Below, one piece after another: positions 1 to 20,620 of a stretch of 64,000 bases of DNA. Source of the stretch: Eledone cirrhosa (lineage: Eukaryota); assembly GCA_964016885.1 (NCBI GenBank), contig OZ024743.1:21886001-21950000 (forward strand), given 5' to 3'. The position numbers were made by a program, and so were the translations under genes. Under the pieces are notes generated by a model. It saw only the letters and a list, made by a program, of their open reading frames with translations, was not told the DNA's origin and did not search any database. Within the stretch, counting starts at the first letter, position 1, and every line of letters begins with the position of its first letter.

Positions 1-420
1 AAGGAAATTTACTCCACTGTACACAGCTCTTCACACATGAGTTAACGAGGGAATCTCTAAGTGGTTGTTCGACCTGTTAGAAACAGCAGCCAAATAACCC
101 TCTTGTACACATTTGAAAATATAATCTCATGTAAGAAAAGATAGAGCGATCACTACTGGAATACTTCTGATCATAAGACCTGTTCGATTATAGAAAAACA
201 TGGACTAAAACAACACACACGGTACTTGTCATCCTTGAAACATCTTGGGGTATTTTGATAACTTAGTATTATATATCACTACTTCTCTGACTTAACTGTT
301 TTATCATCACTCAGAGTGTGAGAATAAGTGAGGTTGTTTTCCTTTGCTGAATATGTGCTTTATTGTGTACACAACAGATAGATGTGTGTGTGAGATAAAC
401 AGACAAACACGCGCGTACGT

Positions 421-461
<41 letters not shown>

Positions 462-702
462 CACACACATACGAGTGGAAAAGAAGAAATAATCTATGCT
501 GGGAAAGTTGTCAAAATAATAAGGAGTGTGTAAAAATAATTTTGCAGTACTTGTATATTTTATGTATGAATTTATCAGCAAACATTTTGTGTACAATAAA
601 TAATATACACCGGCACTAGGCTACGATAGCTTGAGTAAATGAACTGCTTAATGCTATATATGTATATCTATATAGATATGTGTGTGAATATATATATATA
701 TA

Positions 703-899
703 TAACAAAGGAATTGTGGTAAGGAACCAGATGGACCATAACGCACCAGAGTACTCAATACTTAGGGTAGTAGAGTGGGAAATAGGAAAAAGTATGACCC
801 CGACAGCAGAGCTCAAGCCGTTTCGACGGCTATTTCTGAGTCCAGAAATAGCCGATGAAACGGCTTGAGCTCTGCCGTCGGGGTCATACTTTTTCCTAT
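703..899 (-). mobile_element. Fold-back (palindrome 782-899) plus tail element in (TA)n; Penelope-like terminus with 3' half of a hammerhead
   Basis: Arms 782-838/843-899 are near-perfect inverted repeats around a 4-nt loop. Each arm reads GAAA-CGGC-loop-GC(C/T)G-TC (hammerhead stem III + GUC). The tail at 703-781 carries TGAGTACT (750-757, -). (TA)n lies on both sides. A second copy is at 51186-51374. Confidence 0.75.
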
Positions 900-917
900 A
901 TATATATATATATATAT

Positions 918-1060
918 TCGTATGTGGTTGACGGCTGAGAGAAAAAAGTACTCAATATCAAAGTAGGTAGAGTTTTAATATTCATTTTATTAGGCTAAAT
1001 ATTGAGTCTTGGTTACCCCAGAGCACCAAGTCTCACTATTTAGGCTTAATAAAAATGAAT
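918..1060 (-). mobile_element. Degenerate fold-back (980-1060) plus tail element
   Basis: Imperfect inverted repeat attcattttatta...taataaaaatgaat. The tail carries TGAGTACT (947-954, -), and (TA)n lies at the left. Confidence 0.5.
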
Positions 1061-1108
1061 GAATATATACATGTATATATAATCGTTTTTTCAAATCATC
1101 ATATGGGT

Positions 1109-2602
<1,494 letters not shown>

Positions 2603-3193
2603 GGTGGCTGCCAACTCGTTTTCGAGTATGGCCATTACTTTATATCCATGTAGGAGAACCCCTACCGATGCGCTGAACGAGTGTGACTTTTTAGTCCAGC
2701 CAGCGACTTGAAAACTCTGGTACAAACACTACACTTGTGACAATTATTGACACACAGTGCTGGTACCATGGTACCATGTGACGACAAGTGCAGAGAGATC
2801 TCCAGATATAAAGCAATGCCTGTGCCGTGAAGCTTTTATAGTGAGCAAAGGCACTGCACAAAGCCAGTCCCACTCTCTTAACCAAGATGATATTTATCAA
2901 AAAGAAGAACAAATCAACATCATTGGATACCATCAGGGTTGCAGGTGTTATATCAGAGTTTTCCTTCTCCTAGAATTCTGCCTTGACAAAGGCTAAGGGG
3001 TCATCTCTCCCAGTGATTTTGGATGGCCATTGACTCTTAAGAGCTCCTTTGCCCTTTGACAGGCCTTGTTTCCAGTCATGCAGGATGTCCAAAGCCACCC
3101 TCCCCACCAAGAAACCTTGGTGGGGTTGCCAGTTTAGTCGCCAACAACCCGACCATGACATAGGTTGCACTGGGACACATGTAACCAGCAGCA
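2603..3193 (-). mobile_element. Non-autonomous retroposon (RTE-related SINE-like family A), copy 1
   Basis: Highly similar to 4885-5122, 18585-19190, 19258-19527 and 46871-47307. All share the end ACTCGAAAACGAGTTGGCAGCCACC followed by (AT/ATGT)n. An internal GGAGAAGGAAAACTCTGA motif recalls RTE 5' regions. No intact ORF. Confidence 0.75.
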
Positions 3194-3279
3194 TATACAT
3201 ATATACATACATACATATATACACATACATACATATATATACACACATATACATACATACATATATACACATACATACA

Positions 3280-3313
<34 letters not shown>

Positions 3314-3650
3314 CATATACATACATATATACATATACATACATATATACATATACATACATATATATATACATATACACATATATATACATATACATAT
3401 ACACACATATATACATACATATACATACACATATACATACATATACATATACATACATATATACATATACATACATATACACATATACATATATACATAT
3501 ACATATATATATATACATACATATATATATATACATATATATATATACACACACACATACACATACATACATATACACATATACATACATACATACATAT
3601 ACATACATATATATATACATACATATATATATATACATATATATATATAC

Positions 3651-3683
<33 letters not shown>

Positions 3684-3805
3684 CATACATATATATATAT
3701 ACACATATATATATACATACATATATATATATACATACATATATATATATACATATATATATATACATACATATATACATACACATACATATATATACAC
3801 ACATA

Positions 3806-3861
<56 letters not shown>

Positions 3862-4056
3862 CACACATACATATATATACATACATATATACATATACAT
3901 ACATATATATATACACACATACATATACATACATACATATATATATATACATACATACACATACACATATATACATACATATATATATACATACACATAT
4001 ATATACATACACATATACATACACATATACATACATACATATATATACATACATAC

Positions 4057-4087
<31 letters not shown>

Positions 4088-4489
4088 TACATACATATAT
4101 ATATACATACATATATATATACATACATATATATATACATACATATACACATACATACATATATACATACATACATACACACATACATACACACATATAT
4201 ACATACATATATATATACATACATATATACATACATATACATATACATACACACATACATACATATATATATACATACATATACACATACATACATATAT
4301 ACATACACACATATATACATACACACATATATATACATAAATATACATATACATACATATATATATACACACATACATATATATATACATACATATATAT
4401 ATACACATATATATACATACATATATATACATAGATATATATATACATAGATATATATATACATACATACATATATATACATACATACA

Positions 4490-4535
<46 letters not shown>

Positions 4536-4539
4536 CATA

Positions 4540-4589
<50 letters not shown>

Positions 4590-4692
4590 CATATATATAC
4601 ATATACATACATACATATACACATACATATACATATATATATATACATACATACATACATACACATATACATATACATATATATATACATAC

Positions 4693-4725
<33 letters not shown>

Positions 4726-4736
4726 CATACATACAC

Positions 4737-4767
<31 letters not shown>

Positions 4768-4835
4768 TATATACATACACATATATATATATACATACAT
4801 ATACACATACATACACATATACATACATACATATA

Positions 4836-4869
<34 letters not shown>

Positions 4870-4884
4870 CATACATACATATAT
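3194..4884. repeat. (TACA)/(TA) compound microsatellite, C-interrupted on + strand
   Basis: Directly visible. Confidence 0.97.
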
Positions 4885-5122
4885 GGTGGCTGCCAACTCG
4901 TTTTCGAGTACGGCCACTACTTTATATCCATGTAGGAGAACCCCTACTGATGCGCTGAACGAGTGTGACTTTTTAGTCCAGCCAGCGACTTGAAAACTCT
5001 GGTACAAAGACTACACTTGTGACAATTATTGACACATAGTGTTGGGCCCATGGTACCATGTGACGACAAGTGCAGAGAGATCTCCAGATATAAAGCAATG
5101 CCTGTGCCGTGAAGCTTTTATA
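4885..5122 (-). mobile_element. Family A retroposon, 5'-truncated copy 2
   Basis: Near-identical to 2603-2840. Confidence 0.8.
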
Positions 5123-11284
<6,162 letters not shown>

Positions 11285-11863
11285 ACATTAAAACATAGAC
11301 AAAAGCTTTTCAAGGCTGGCGATGTCCCTAGGGAATGGTGAGATGGTTTTACACCTTTCGTAGAGCAATAAGCGATGCACGTGAAATGTAATGAAGCGAT
11401 TACAAATGGAAATCGAAACCGGTTTGCTGCTCGTTGTTGGTTTACCGTCGCCCATCTAGCATGTCACACTGTTGTTAATAGTAGTAGGATTATCTATGTA
11501 GATAAATGTCAATAATTCTCTCCGCGTGCACGCACACAATCACATATACACACACATATACACTCAATCAAACACACGTACACACAGGCAGGTACTTTCA
11601 CACTTAAATCACACACACAGGTAGGTTTATACACGCGAGCGGCTAAATCTTGGTTATCAATAAACAATGAAAATAGAAGTGGAGATGGCAAAATAATATG
11701 GGAATTTGCAACCACAAAACAGACAGATTCGGTATTATGTTGTTATTATAATATATGATAATATATAAGCATTGATTTTGTTTGATTATTTTTGTTGTTA
11801 ATTTATCTCACTATTGTTTTAACAGGTTATTTTAATTTATAAGATATTAAACAATCGACTTAC

Positions 11864-12280
11864 TAGATTGAGCATATCCAGTAACTGTTTTGGACTTTCC
11901 ACACAACACTGCTCCCCTTTCGGATCGTCCTTCCTTGTAAACTTGTCCAAAAGTCTATCTTCTTCAATACTGGGACCAAGTCGAAGGCTGTTACATGAAA
12001 CACATAATTCCTCGTTTTCGCGATTTAACATTTTGGTGATTTGCTCCCCAACTTTCGGTGCATGTGAATGATTTTTTAGCTCGGAATTGAAGTTTACGAA
12101 TAGTACAGCTATAACAATAATTAATATCACTGTGCCGGCTAATACCGAGACAAAAAGAGCACGAACCTTATTATTTAGTATTTTCAGTTCTTCCATTATC
12201 GTGTCATATTGTTGTTTATGTTCAACATTAGACGACTGCCCCTTTTGAAGAAGGGTAAATTCAGGTAAGTTCGACATCAT
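11864..12280 (-). CDS. First coding exon of a type II membrane protein, probably a TNF-superfamily ligand (mollusc type)
   Basis: ATG at 12280, then about 40 cytoplasmic residues, one hydrophobic span (ALFVSVLAGTVILIIVIAVLFVNF) and a stalk with LCVSC...QCC. A perfect GTAAGT donor follows N-L (minus strand 11863-11858, phase 0). Non-repetitive sequence. The TNF homology domain is not visible in the window, so the family call is inference. Confidence 0.75.
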
Positions 12281-12630
12281 CCTAATTTATGAATATAATT
12301 TTATATATATTTAGTTTTCACTATTTTAATTATCTCGCCAACTCTATCAACCGTGACGGCTGTTTTGACGGTGTGACCCTTTGTTATACGTATGAAATCC
12401 TAGCTGGTTTCACTAGCTTGTTTACACTTAAAATATTTCTTCTCACATTAAAAATAGGTAGTTTCCGTGAGTTCCCTTAAACTCATATTCAACAGATATA
12501 TTAATCTGCATATATAAATGCATACACATGCACACGCATTCATACAAAACACAAGTTATAAATACATTAAACTGCACTTGGAGTCGGTGTATTTTTTCTC
12601 CCCTTTTAATAAGATGATATCGGTTCCACT

Positions 12631-12696
12631 CCTATTTATAAACTCCGTGCGTGTTTGTCAGTTTTGACTTAATATAATCTGTAATTCCTCACGTCA
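12631..12696 (-). promoter_or_regulatory. Candidate core promoter: TATA box plus CRE-like site
   Basis: TATAAATAGG on the minus strand (12640-12631), about 350 bp upstream of the ATG. TGACGTGA at 12696-12689. Confidence 0.4.
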
Positions 12697-14119
12697 AGAA
12701 ATCATTCCCTGTATCACGGTTGGAGTAATTGTAAACTCAAGTTCTCTTGTTTTTAAGTTCCGAATTTCAGTGAGTTCTGTTCATTGCTTACTTCTGAAAA
12801 TGATGGACTGATACTGTCGTGTGATTTAACTTGGTTACTCTTTGGTATTCTTATACAATATCTTCAAATATAAGAAGACACTTTATCTATATAGCAGTTC
12901 TTTTCAGAATTGGTTGTGGATTTTCGCATGAAATACTTCTGCAATGGCTGACTATGAAGCGAATTTGGTTCCAAGTTCGCTTCGAAACAATATGAATGAA
13001 AGAAATGAACAGCTGATATTTCCTTACACACACGCAACAACAACACAATTGTAGGGGTATTAAAATCCTATATAAATGAAGTTAACCGGTTAGAGAAGAA
13101 TGTTCTCAAAGTGGATGTTTAGATATACATACATACATATATATATATATAAACATATATGCATAAATAAACATATACTTTACATTAAACACAATGAGAC
13201 ATCTGTAAATAATAGTATCGATATTTAGATATATATGTATATCTCTCTCTTTCTCTCTCTGCGTATGTGTGTATGCAATGTAGAGAGAGAAGCACGCTCG
13301 CGACAGAACGAAGAAAGTTCGCACTCGAAGTAGATGTTATTGATGTTTAACGGTTGTAAAAACTAAAATCCGTCTGTTTCGATGTGATCTGTCTATGAGA
13401 AGTTTAAGCGTCAAAAGAAATGACAATTGACGATAGTCTCCTCAACCAGTCTAAGGGTCATACTATCTACAAAACTGCCGACCCGCACACCACGGGAACT
13501 ACTAAATGAAACCTAACCTTCCTCACATACACAAATTATGACGTCGCATCGCTGTAGCCAATGGCGTGTCTCAGATGATCAGAACACTTACAATACTTAC
13601 TTGCAGACATACATTCGTACACTGGCGTGTGAATACTTTACTAAAGCATGGATAAATAACTATAACTTATATATGTTGCAGGAATACCAAATGGATTTGT
13701 GCAGAATGAAGTAAAAGCTATCTTGCGGGAGTAATTTCATGTGTGGTTTAATAGTAAAATAATAGAAAAAGTAATTATAAAATTCTTTCTATGTGTCTGC
13801 CGTACAACGTATTGCATTTCCACTGGAAAAAGCGGTTTTCCGATAATAACAATAATTAATGATTTTTTTCTTCTTCTCCGCAAATGCATTCATACTGTAG
13901 TCAGCTTAAATTTACATATGATTACATGAAAATATATGGGTCAGAAGTTTCCAATAGATAAGTACCATCCAGTTCTTCTGAAAAAAAAGTTTTCATGTGA
14001 TTTTGATTTTTATATTGCTAAGTTCTATTTCGCGTTTTAAATATATAGCTAGTTTCTTTCTATATCTTTTACATTGAGCAACTTCAAGAGAAGAGTTTCC
14101 TTTGAAAATCTCTTAAAAG

Positions 14120-14193
<74 letters not shown>

Positions 14194-14206
14194 TATAGAC
14201 CTACAT

Positions 14207-14322
<116 letters not shown>

Positions 14323-15479
14323 GAGAGAGAGAGAGAGAGAAATTATAGATACGTAAAAACGGACGTAAAACTATATGTATATATATATATTATAAAGAGT
14401 CGGGACTCGACGGCTGAGCTCTTGCCATTTCAACAGTTAATTCAACTCTTTAAATAAACACATACACACATATATGAGTACGTGTATTTATGTGTGTGTA
14501 TGTGTTACAAGTATGGCTGTTAATTGAATTTGATGATGACCACCTGTTAAATTACGGGTCCTTCGATGACTGTACACCCCAATCGATTTTCTCATCGATT
14601 TGCGTATCTTTGACAACTCTATTGAAAATAGTGCAAGCATCATGTCTGGGTGCCGGTTCGATTGCATTGTGTGACATCTTGAGCGAGTGTCATTTGCCAT
14701 AGCTTCCAATCGAGCCATGCCTTGTGCATGAAACCGGGTAGATGGAAACTGTTTGGAATCCCGACTGTACCCATAATTCAAATCACCAGTTTTGTCACAC
14801 TCTGAAGTAGAGTGGTTGATGCACCGGGTATCGCTGGTTATTCTCCGAATACAGCTGAAACACACCACCGAGACTGGAGTGTATAATCTGCCGCTCCCTT
14901 AGTTTCGCTATTTTTTTTCTCGTTTCTTTTCCATTCCTTGTTGCAAATATTATATTGCGCAGGTGAAATTCACTATAATTTACAAAATTAGTTCCTTCTC
15001 CCAGAGTCAGGGGCCAACCAGAAATCTAGTCTGTCGGAAATCACCTTAAAGCTGACTGCCAAAGCTTTTTTATTCCCTTGGGCTATACACCCCTAGCCTT
15101 TGTCTTTCGGGATTCACCTACAAGCAGCAGAGCAATGCAGATAGATCGCCTCCGCCACGAGTATTACTATTTCCCGCGTAATATTTGTATGTTTTCATAT
15201 GAATGTATTAGATTGGTAAAAAACAAAAACAATATAGTTTTTATTATTTTAATCTTTGATGAAACCTTCTTCCTTTTTTTTTAAATATACAGTGAAATGA
15301 ATTTATTGAATAAAAGTTATATAATGACGAAAATATTCAAAAAGGATAAAAACAAAATTAAGAAATGAAAAAAAAAGGGAAAAGGTAAAGAAAAGCAGAT
15401 TTAGTTTTATAGGGAAGTAAAGAAAATGACTATAAATGCCCTAAATGAGAGGAAAAGATGGGAATGAGAAAAGGACTAT

Positions 15480-15820
15480 TAGACACCGGAAGAAAGAGAT
15501 GGGGTGGCAGACTCTGTATCTAGGTCAGAGCGGTGTTTCGGCTGCGCTCCGCGGACAAAGGCATTTCCGTAGACATGGCCAGCAACACCCACTGAAACAG
15601 CCAACCTATCCTTGCTCGCGGGCTGCGGTCGTCCCAATTTTGCGGAAGAGCTTTGCTGTGTTGTGTCCGCGGACCCATGAGTTCTGGACGGTAACCAGTA
15701 CAAAGAAGAAGTGGCCGGATAAGCCCCGGCATTTGCTTGACTTCCTGTCCTCTGCATTGCGGGCCGCCGCAACGAGGTTTGTGGCCGGAGAGGCTAAGTT
15801 GGAGGTGGAGAATGTGTCAC
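15480..15820 (-). pseudogene. CRE-like non-LTR retrotransposon C-terminal restriction-like endonuclease relic
   Basis: Minus-strand translation TFSTSNLAS..AAARNAEDRKSSKC..LSGHFFFVLVTVQNS..G..LFRKIG resembles the AE..K..KY..L...F.PVAVET.G motif. Parallels 57240-57620. Confidence 0.55.
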
Positions 15821-15821
15821 A

Positions 15822-16722
15822 GCATGATTGTTTTGGAATAAACTTTTATTTAACTAGATTCATATAACATTTTGAAATGGAGATCTCGATATATTGACTT
15901 TTACTAATGATTTTAATTTTACTGTTTAGTTTGTTTTATTTCAGGCTGTCGAATTAAAGATGGAAAAAAGCAAATTTGGGCGATTTTCTTCTATGAGTTT
16001 AAAATAGAACGCAAATCAACTGAAACTGATCGCAATATCAACCAAGCCTTTGACCAGAAGACTGTTAATGAACGTACATCTCAATATTAGTTTCAAAGAT
16101 GCAGACGATAACCTTGATGATGTGGGCTATTCTTGAAGCGCAACCATGCAAAAGAACTTAAGAAGTTGTAGAGGAATTGTATGCGTTGACCATTCAATAG
16201 TTGCCCGGCTTTTGCAGCACATTGGAAAGTCGTAAAAGATGATTGCCGTAGGAGCTGAATGAAAACAAATTGATGTCTGCTTTGTGCGCCTTTTGTATAA
16301 AAACAATTCATTACTTGTTTAGACTGCAAAGAAAAATGGTTAAAGACGACAATTGAGAGCGCCCCCGCATAATGGTTGGACCACGATGAAGCATAAAAAC
16401 ATATTTGAAACTACAAGTGTACCAGAAGAAGCTTATAGTCTCTGTTTGGTGGTCGGCACGAGGTAACAACCATTATTACTTTTCGAATTGGCGGACTGTC
16501 AGAATCGGTTGAGCGTCAGACATCATACTTTGCAGCATAGAGTTCAAATCCCTTTACGTTCTGAGTTCAAATCCCACCGAGGTTAACTTTGCTTTTCATC
16601 CTTAGCACCAGTAATGCACTGGGGTATTTGCTGGCTTTGTACCAAAAGTAGAAACAATTATTACTTTTTGAATCCTGGAGAAACAATCACAGCAGAGAAG
16701 TATTGTTAGGAAATTGAATATA
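15822..16722 (+). mobile_element. Degenerate mariner transposase fragment interrupted by a SINE
   Basis: IFFYEFKIERKSTETDRNINQAF (HTH), QKKLIVSVWWSARG and FLNPGETITAEKYC, with many stops and frameshifts. The SINE at about 16489-16656 is flanked by an attattactttt(c/t)gaat duplication. Confidence 0.8.
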
Positions 16723-17059
16723 ATGTTCATATATTCTTTCGTTCTCACCGCAGCCATACACGGTTTGAAAATCCATTCGGTGAAACCCGCGACCTCCATT
16801 ATCGCCTGCTAATTTGTTGGAACTAACTCTATACCGAACTTGTCCTTTGGACTGAGTGCTCTACCTTCTACGGATATAACCTCCCACTTTTTTACCACGA
16901 CTCTCTACCACTTTTCCTCTACTACAATCTTCTTACACCACCTTCTTCTCACCCGTCTATTTTTCACTCCCGCCCTAGTATCTTCAATATTTTTATCTAA
17001 AGACATTTTTTCCAATTTCATCCCGCCCGTCCCCTCAATATATCTTATTTCTCATTCTT

Positions 17060-17095
17060 TCTTCTGATGAAGGACTAGCTCCCGAAACGTCAAGA
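17060..17095 (+). ncRNA. Minimal type I hammerhead ribozyme (Penelope-type)
   Basis: TCTT-CTGATGA-aGGActagcTCCc-GAAA-CG-TC-AAGA: stem I TCTT/AAGA, palindromic ACGT stem III, GUC cleavage triplet. Confidence 0.7.
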
Positions 17096-17591
17096 CCCTC
17101 TTCCTGCTATATCAAGCGTAAACCTAATATATCCCTCGATTGTGTTGTTATTTCTGTTTACCTCTTTTCCCTTCTGCCAGTCACTCTCTCTCAGCTGGTC
17201 TTCCTCACACTTTCACTCACTCACTCTCTGCTACTCCCCTCTCTCACTTTTTCCTGTCTGACCTGTGTGAAATCCTTTTCTCGCTTACATCTCACATGGC
17301 TCGGACGCGTCTGTGTCTCTCCTCGTCCATTGATTTGATCGAACTTAAGTTCACAGATATCACGGACTTGTTTCCCCTCTTCCTCTCTTTCCGTTGCATT
17401 ACCATCTCTGTTTACTGTCTCGCTCGCTTCACCCCATTCTACGTGTCCCAATAACTTTTTTTAGTTATTGCTCACACCAGCCAGAGGTATATGGTCTTTA
17501 ATGCGAAGAAATACCAATGACGGCTGGAAGATCACTCTAATTTTATTCATATGTATCCCATTTGCAACAACGCAGCATGCCATTTTTCATT

Positions 17592-17626
<35 letters not shown>

Positions 17627-17737
17627 GTGGGGGATACATTTTCACATGTATGAATGGGTTCTGCTCCAGCATGGTTTTGACAATATTTAGCGTATGTGTA
17701 TGTATTTGTGTATCGGTATACATACACATAGATGTAA

Positions 17738-17875
17738 TAATTGTTTCTACTTTTGGCACAAGGCCACCAATTACCCAGTGTATTACTGGTACTTTATTTT
17801 ATCGACCCCTGTAAGGATGAAAGGCAAAGTTAACCTCGGCGGGATTTGAACTCAGACTGTAAAAGGGACGTAATT
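17738..17875 (-). mobile_element. tRNA-derived SINE family B
   Basis: B box GAGTTCAAATCC and core GCCTTTCATCCTTAC-GGGGTCGATAAAATAAAGTACCAG on the minus strand. Confidence 0.8.
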
Positions 17876-18108
17876 ACACGTAGATGTAATAATGAGATGG
17901 GAACAGTGAGTTTCCAGATTTGTCTTACGATTAGCGGATAACGATACTTTATATTACTCCCAGCTACTTTATATATGTTTTAAGTGGGCTACTTACTACT
18001 TTAAAATTTTAGCTTCTAAAGGTAAGTGTCCAATTATATATCGTATTAAATGATCAACTAATTAGAGCCATCCTACAAGTAAATCTTATATATATATGTA
18101 TATATATG

Positions 18109-18188
<80 letters not shown>

Positions 18189-18347
18189 CTGAAACTTCGA
18201 AAGCACTATTATTTTTTTTTCTCTTACAAAATAAACTTCTACACTCTACTCGTTGAGGACTCATTCAATTAATGTTTGAACGTGTTAAATATTGCGGTAT
18301 TTTGAACACATATTCTATTATATACATACGTACACACAGACACACAA

Positions 18348-18378
<31 letters not shown>

Positions 18379-18584
18379 TGTATGTATGTATGTATGTATG
18401 TATGTATGTATGTATGTATGTATGTATAAAGTGCACAGTCTTTCCTCACTTTAAAAAAATCTTCACGCACAGGCATTGCACGATAATATTAATTGATAAT
18501 TATTAATAATGTTATATCGTGCAATAGCCGTACTCCATAATGAGGGGGCAGCCATCATGTATGTATGTGTGTATGTGTGTATGT

Positions 18585-19190
18585 CAGGTCACCAGTTGGT
18601 GCTACTGGTAACATGTATCCCAGTACAACCTGTCTCATGGTCGGGTCGTTGGCGACTAAACTGGCAACCCCACCAGGGTTGCTTGGTGAGGAGGGTGACT
18701 TTGGACATCCTGCAGGACTAAAAACAAAACCTGTCAAAGGGCAAAGGAGCTCTTAAGAGTCAATGGCCATCCAAAATCACCGGGAGAGATGACCCCTTAG
18801 CCTTTGTCAAGGCAGAATTCTAGGAGAAGGAAAACTCTGATATAACACCTGCAACTCTGATGGTATCCAATGATGTTGACTTGTTCTTCTTTTTGGTAAA
18901 TATCATCTTGGTTAAGAGAGTGGGACTGGCTTTGTGCAGTGCCTTTGCTCACTATAAAAGCTTCACGGCACAGGCATTGCTTTGTATCTGGAGATCTCTC
19001 TGCACTTGTCGTCACATGGTACCATGGGCCCAGCACTATTTGTCAATAATTGTCACAAGTGTAGTGTTTGTACCCGAGTTTTCAAGTCGCTGGCTGGACT
19101 AAAAAGTCACACTCGTTTAGCGCATCAGTAGGGGTTCTCCTACATGGATATAAAGTAGTGGCCGTACTCGAAAACGAGTTGGCAGCCACC
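18585..19190 (+). mobile_element. Family A retroposon copy 3 (longest)
   Basis: Reverse complement of 2603-3193. Ends GGCAGCCACC followed by (ATGT)n. Confidence 0.8.
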
Positions 19191-19257
19191 ATGTGTGTAT
19201 GTATGTATGTATTTATGTATGTATGTGTCATGTTTGTGTCATGTGTGTGTCATGTAT

Positions 19258-19527
19258 GTGGGACTGGCTTTATGCAGTGCCTTTGCTCACTATAAAAGCT
19301 TCACGGCACAGGCATTGCTTTATATCTGGAGATCTCTCTGCACTTATCGTCACATGGTACCATGGGCCCAGCACTATGTGTTAATAATTGTCACAAGTGT
19401 AGTGCTTGTACCAGAGTTTTCAAGTCGCTGGCTGGACTAAAAAGTCACACTCGTTCAGCGCATCGGTAGGGGTTCTCCTACATGGATATAAAGTAGTGGC
19501 CGTACTCGAAAACGAGTTGGCAGCCAC
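19258..19527 (+). mobile_element. Family A retroposon copy 4 (5'-truncated, tandem)
   Basis: Direct repeat of about 18920-19188. Confidence 0.8.
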
Positions 19528-20436
19528 AATGTGTCATGTTTAAGCTATGTATTTTTATTTCAAGATACTTTTTAACACAATCTGCAACTTGTAAATGTTG
19601 TACTACATATGAAATTGAGCAGAAAACCCAATGGAAACGTATATTTTGATAGGGCTTCTGGCCAACTCAAACATTGTGAATAAGACTGAAAAAAAAAACG
19701 TTTTATAGAAACCCGTTGAATAGAGTGTAACTGTAATTCAAAGGACAAAACTTGTCACGCATAATTTCACAATGTGTTTGCTTGAAGACTATGTTGAAGG
19801 TGGAAGTATCTATGGCAGGGGTTGAAAATGTTCGGTCTTAAGGCCGTATGTGGCCCTCTGAAAGAAGTACAACGTTCGAAAGCAAGCCTTCATATTAGAA
19901 TATAATTTTGCCGATTTCATTTTATTTAATGTTTACCTTTTCAATTAATTATGACTCGTAGAAAAACACACTTAAAATATCTTTATAATTGAATTATATT
20001 TCGTAAAATGACTGAACTTTAAGGAGAGGATATTTTTGTTTCGAAATGTGACTTCAATGGATGTCGGTTAATTTCATTGTGGCCTTCCTGCATAAAATGG
20101 TCCCCTAATCCTGGTATATGACATACATGGTACCGACGGAAATTTTCAAGATGCGGCTTCTAATAATATATGTATAAAATCTTACAAAATTAAGCACCAC
20201 AAAACTTATACGATGCAGGCTACATTCATTGATATTATATTAGACAGATAGATTGGCAGGATTTATAGAGTCGGACGGAATGCTTCGCAGTATTTAATTC
20301 CTGCTTTTTACGTTCTATGTTCAAATCCTAACAAAGGCATCTTTGCCCTTTCGTCAAGGTATTAGTGAAGTACTTGACTTTTTCTTCCCCCCAAACTGAT
20401 GGCTTTGAGCCAAAATGAGAAATCATTATATTAGAC

Positions 20437-20620
20437 GAGGGTTTCTCAAACTTTTTCAAACGTGAAACCTTTTTTGGTTCAGAAATTTTGTGGGGAACTC
20501 CAAAGTCTAATACTGTTATATAGTTGTAATATAAATATACTCCTCTACTTTTTTCATAGAACCCCAGACACTCCTTTGTGGAACCCTTGGGTTCCACGGA
20601 CCCCACTTTGGGAACCACTG
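20437..20620. mobile_element. hAT-type MITE
   Basis: Ends gagggtttctcaaa / tttgggaaccactg. 8-bp target duplication tattagac (20429-20436) / cattagac (20621-20628). Confidence 0.7.

Noticed and set aside
2691-2996. Recurrent 79-80 aa ORFs (MVSNDVDLFF.., MLGPWYHV..) at three loci
   Set aside because: They recur only because the family A repeat is young. There is no recognisable domain, and they overlap on both strands.
14488-14868. 126-aa non-repetitive ORF
   Set aside because: Non-ATG start, no recognisable motif or splice signals; likely an old repeat fragment.
19816-20113. Possible hAT MITE (CAGGGGTTG..)
   Set aside because: The right terminus and target duplication are too degenerate to support by eye.
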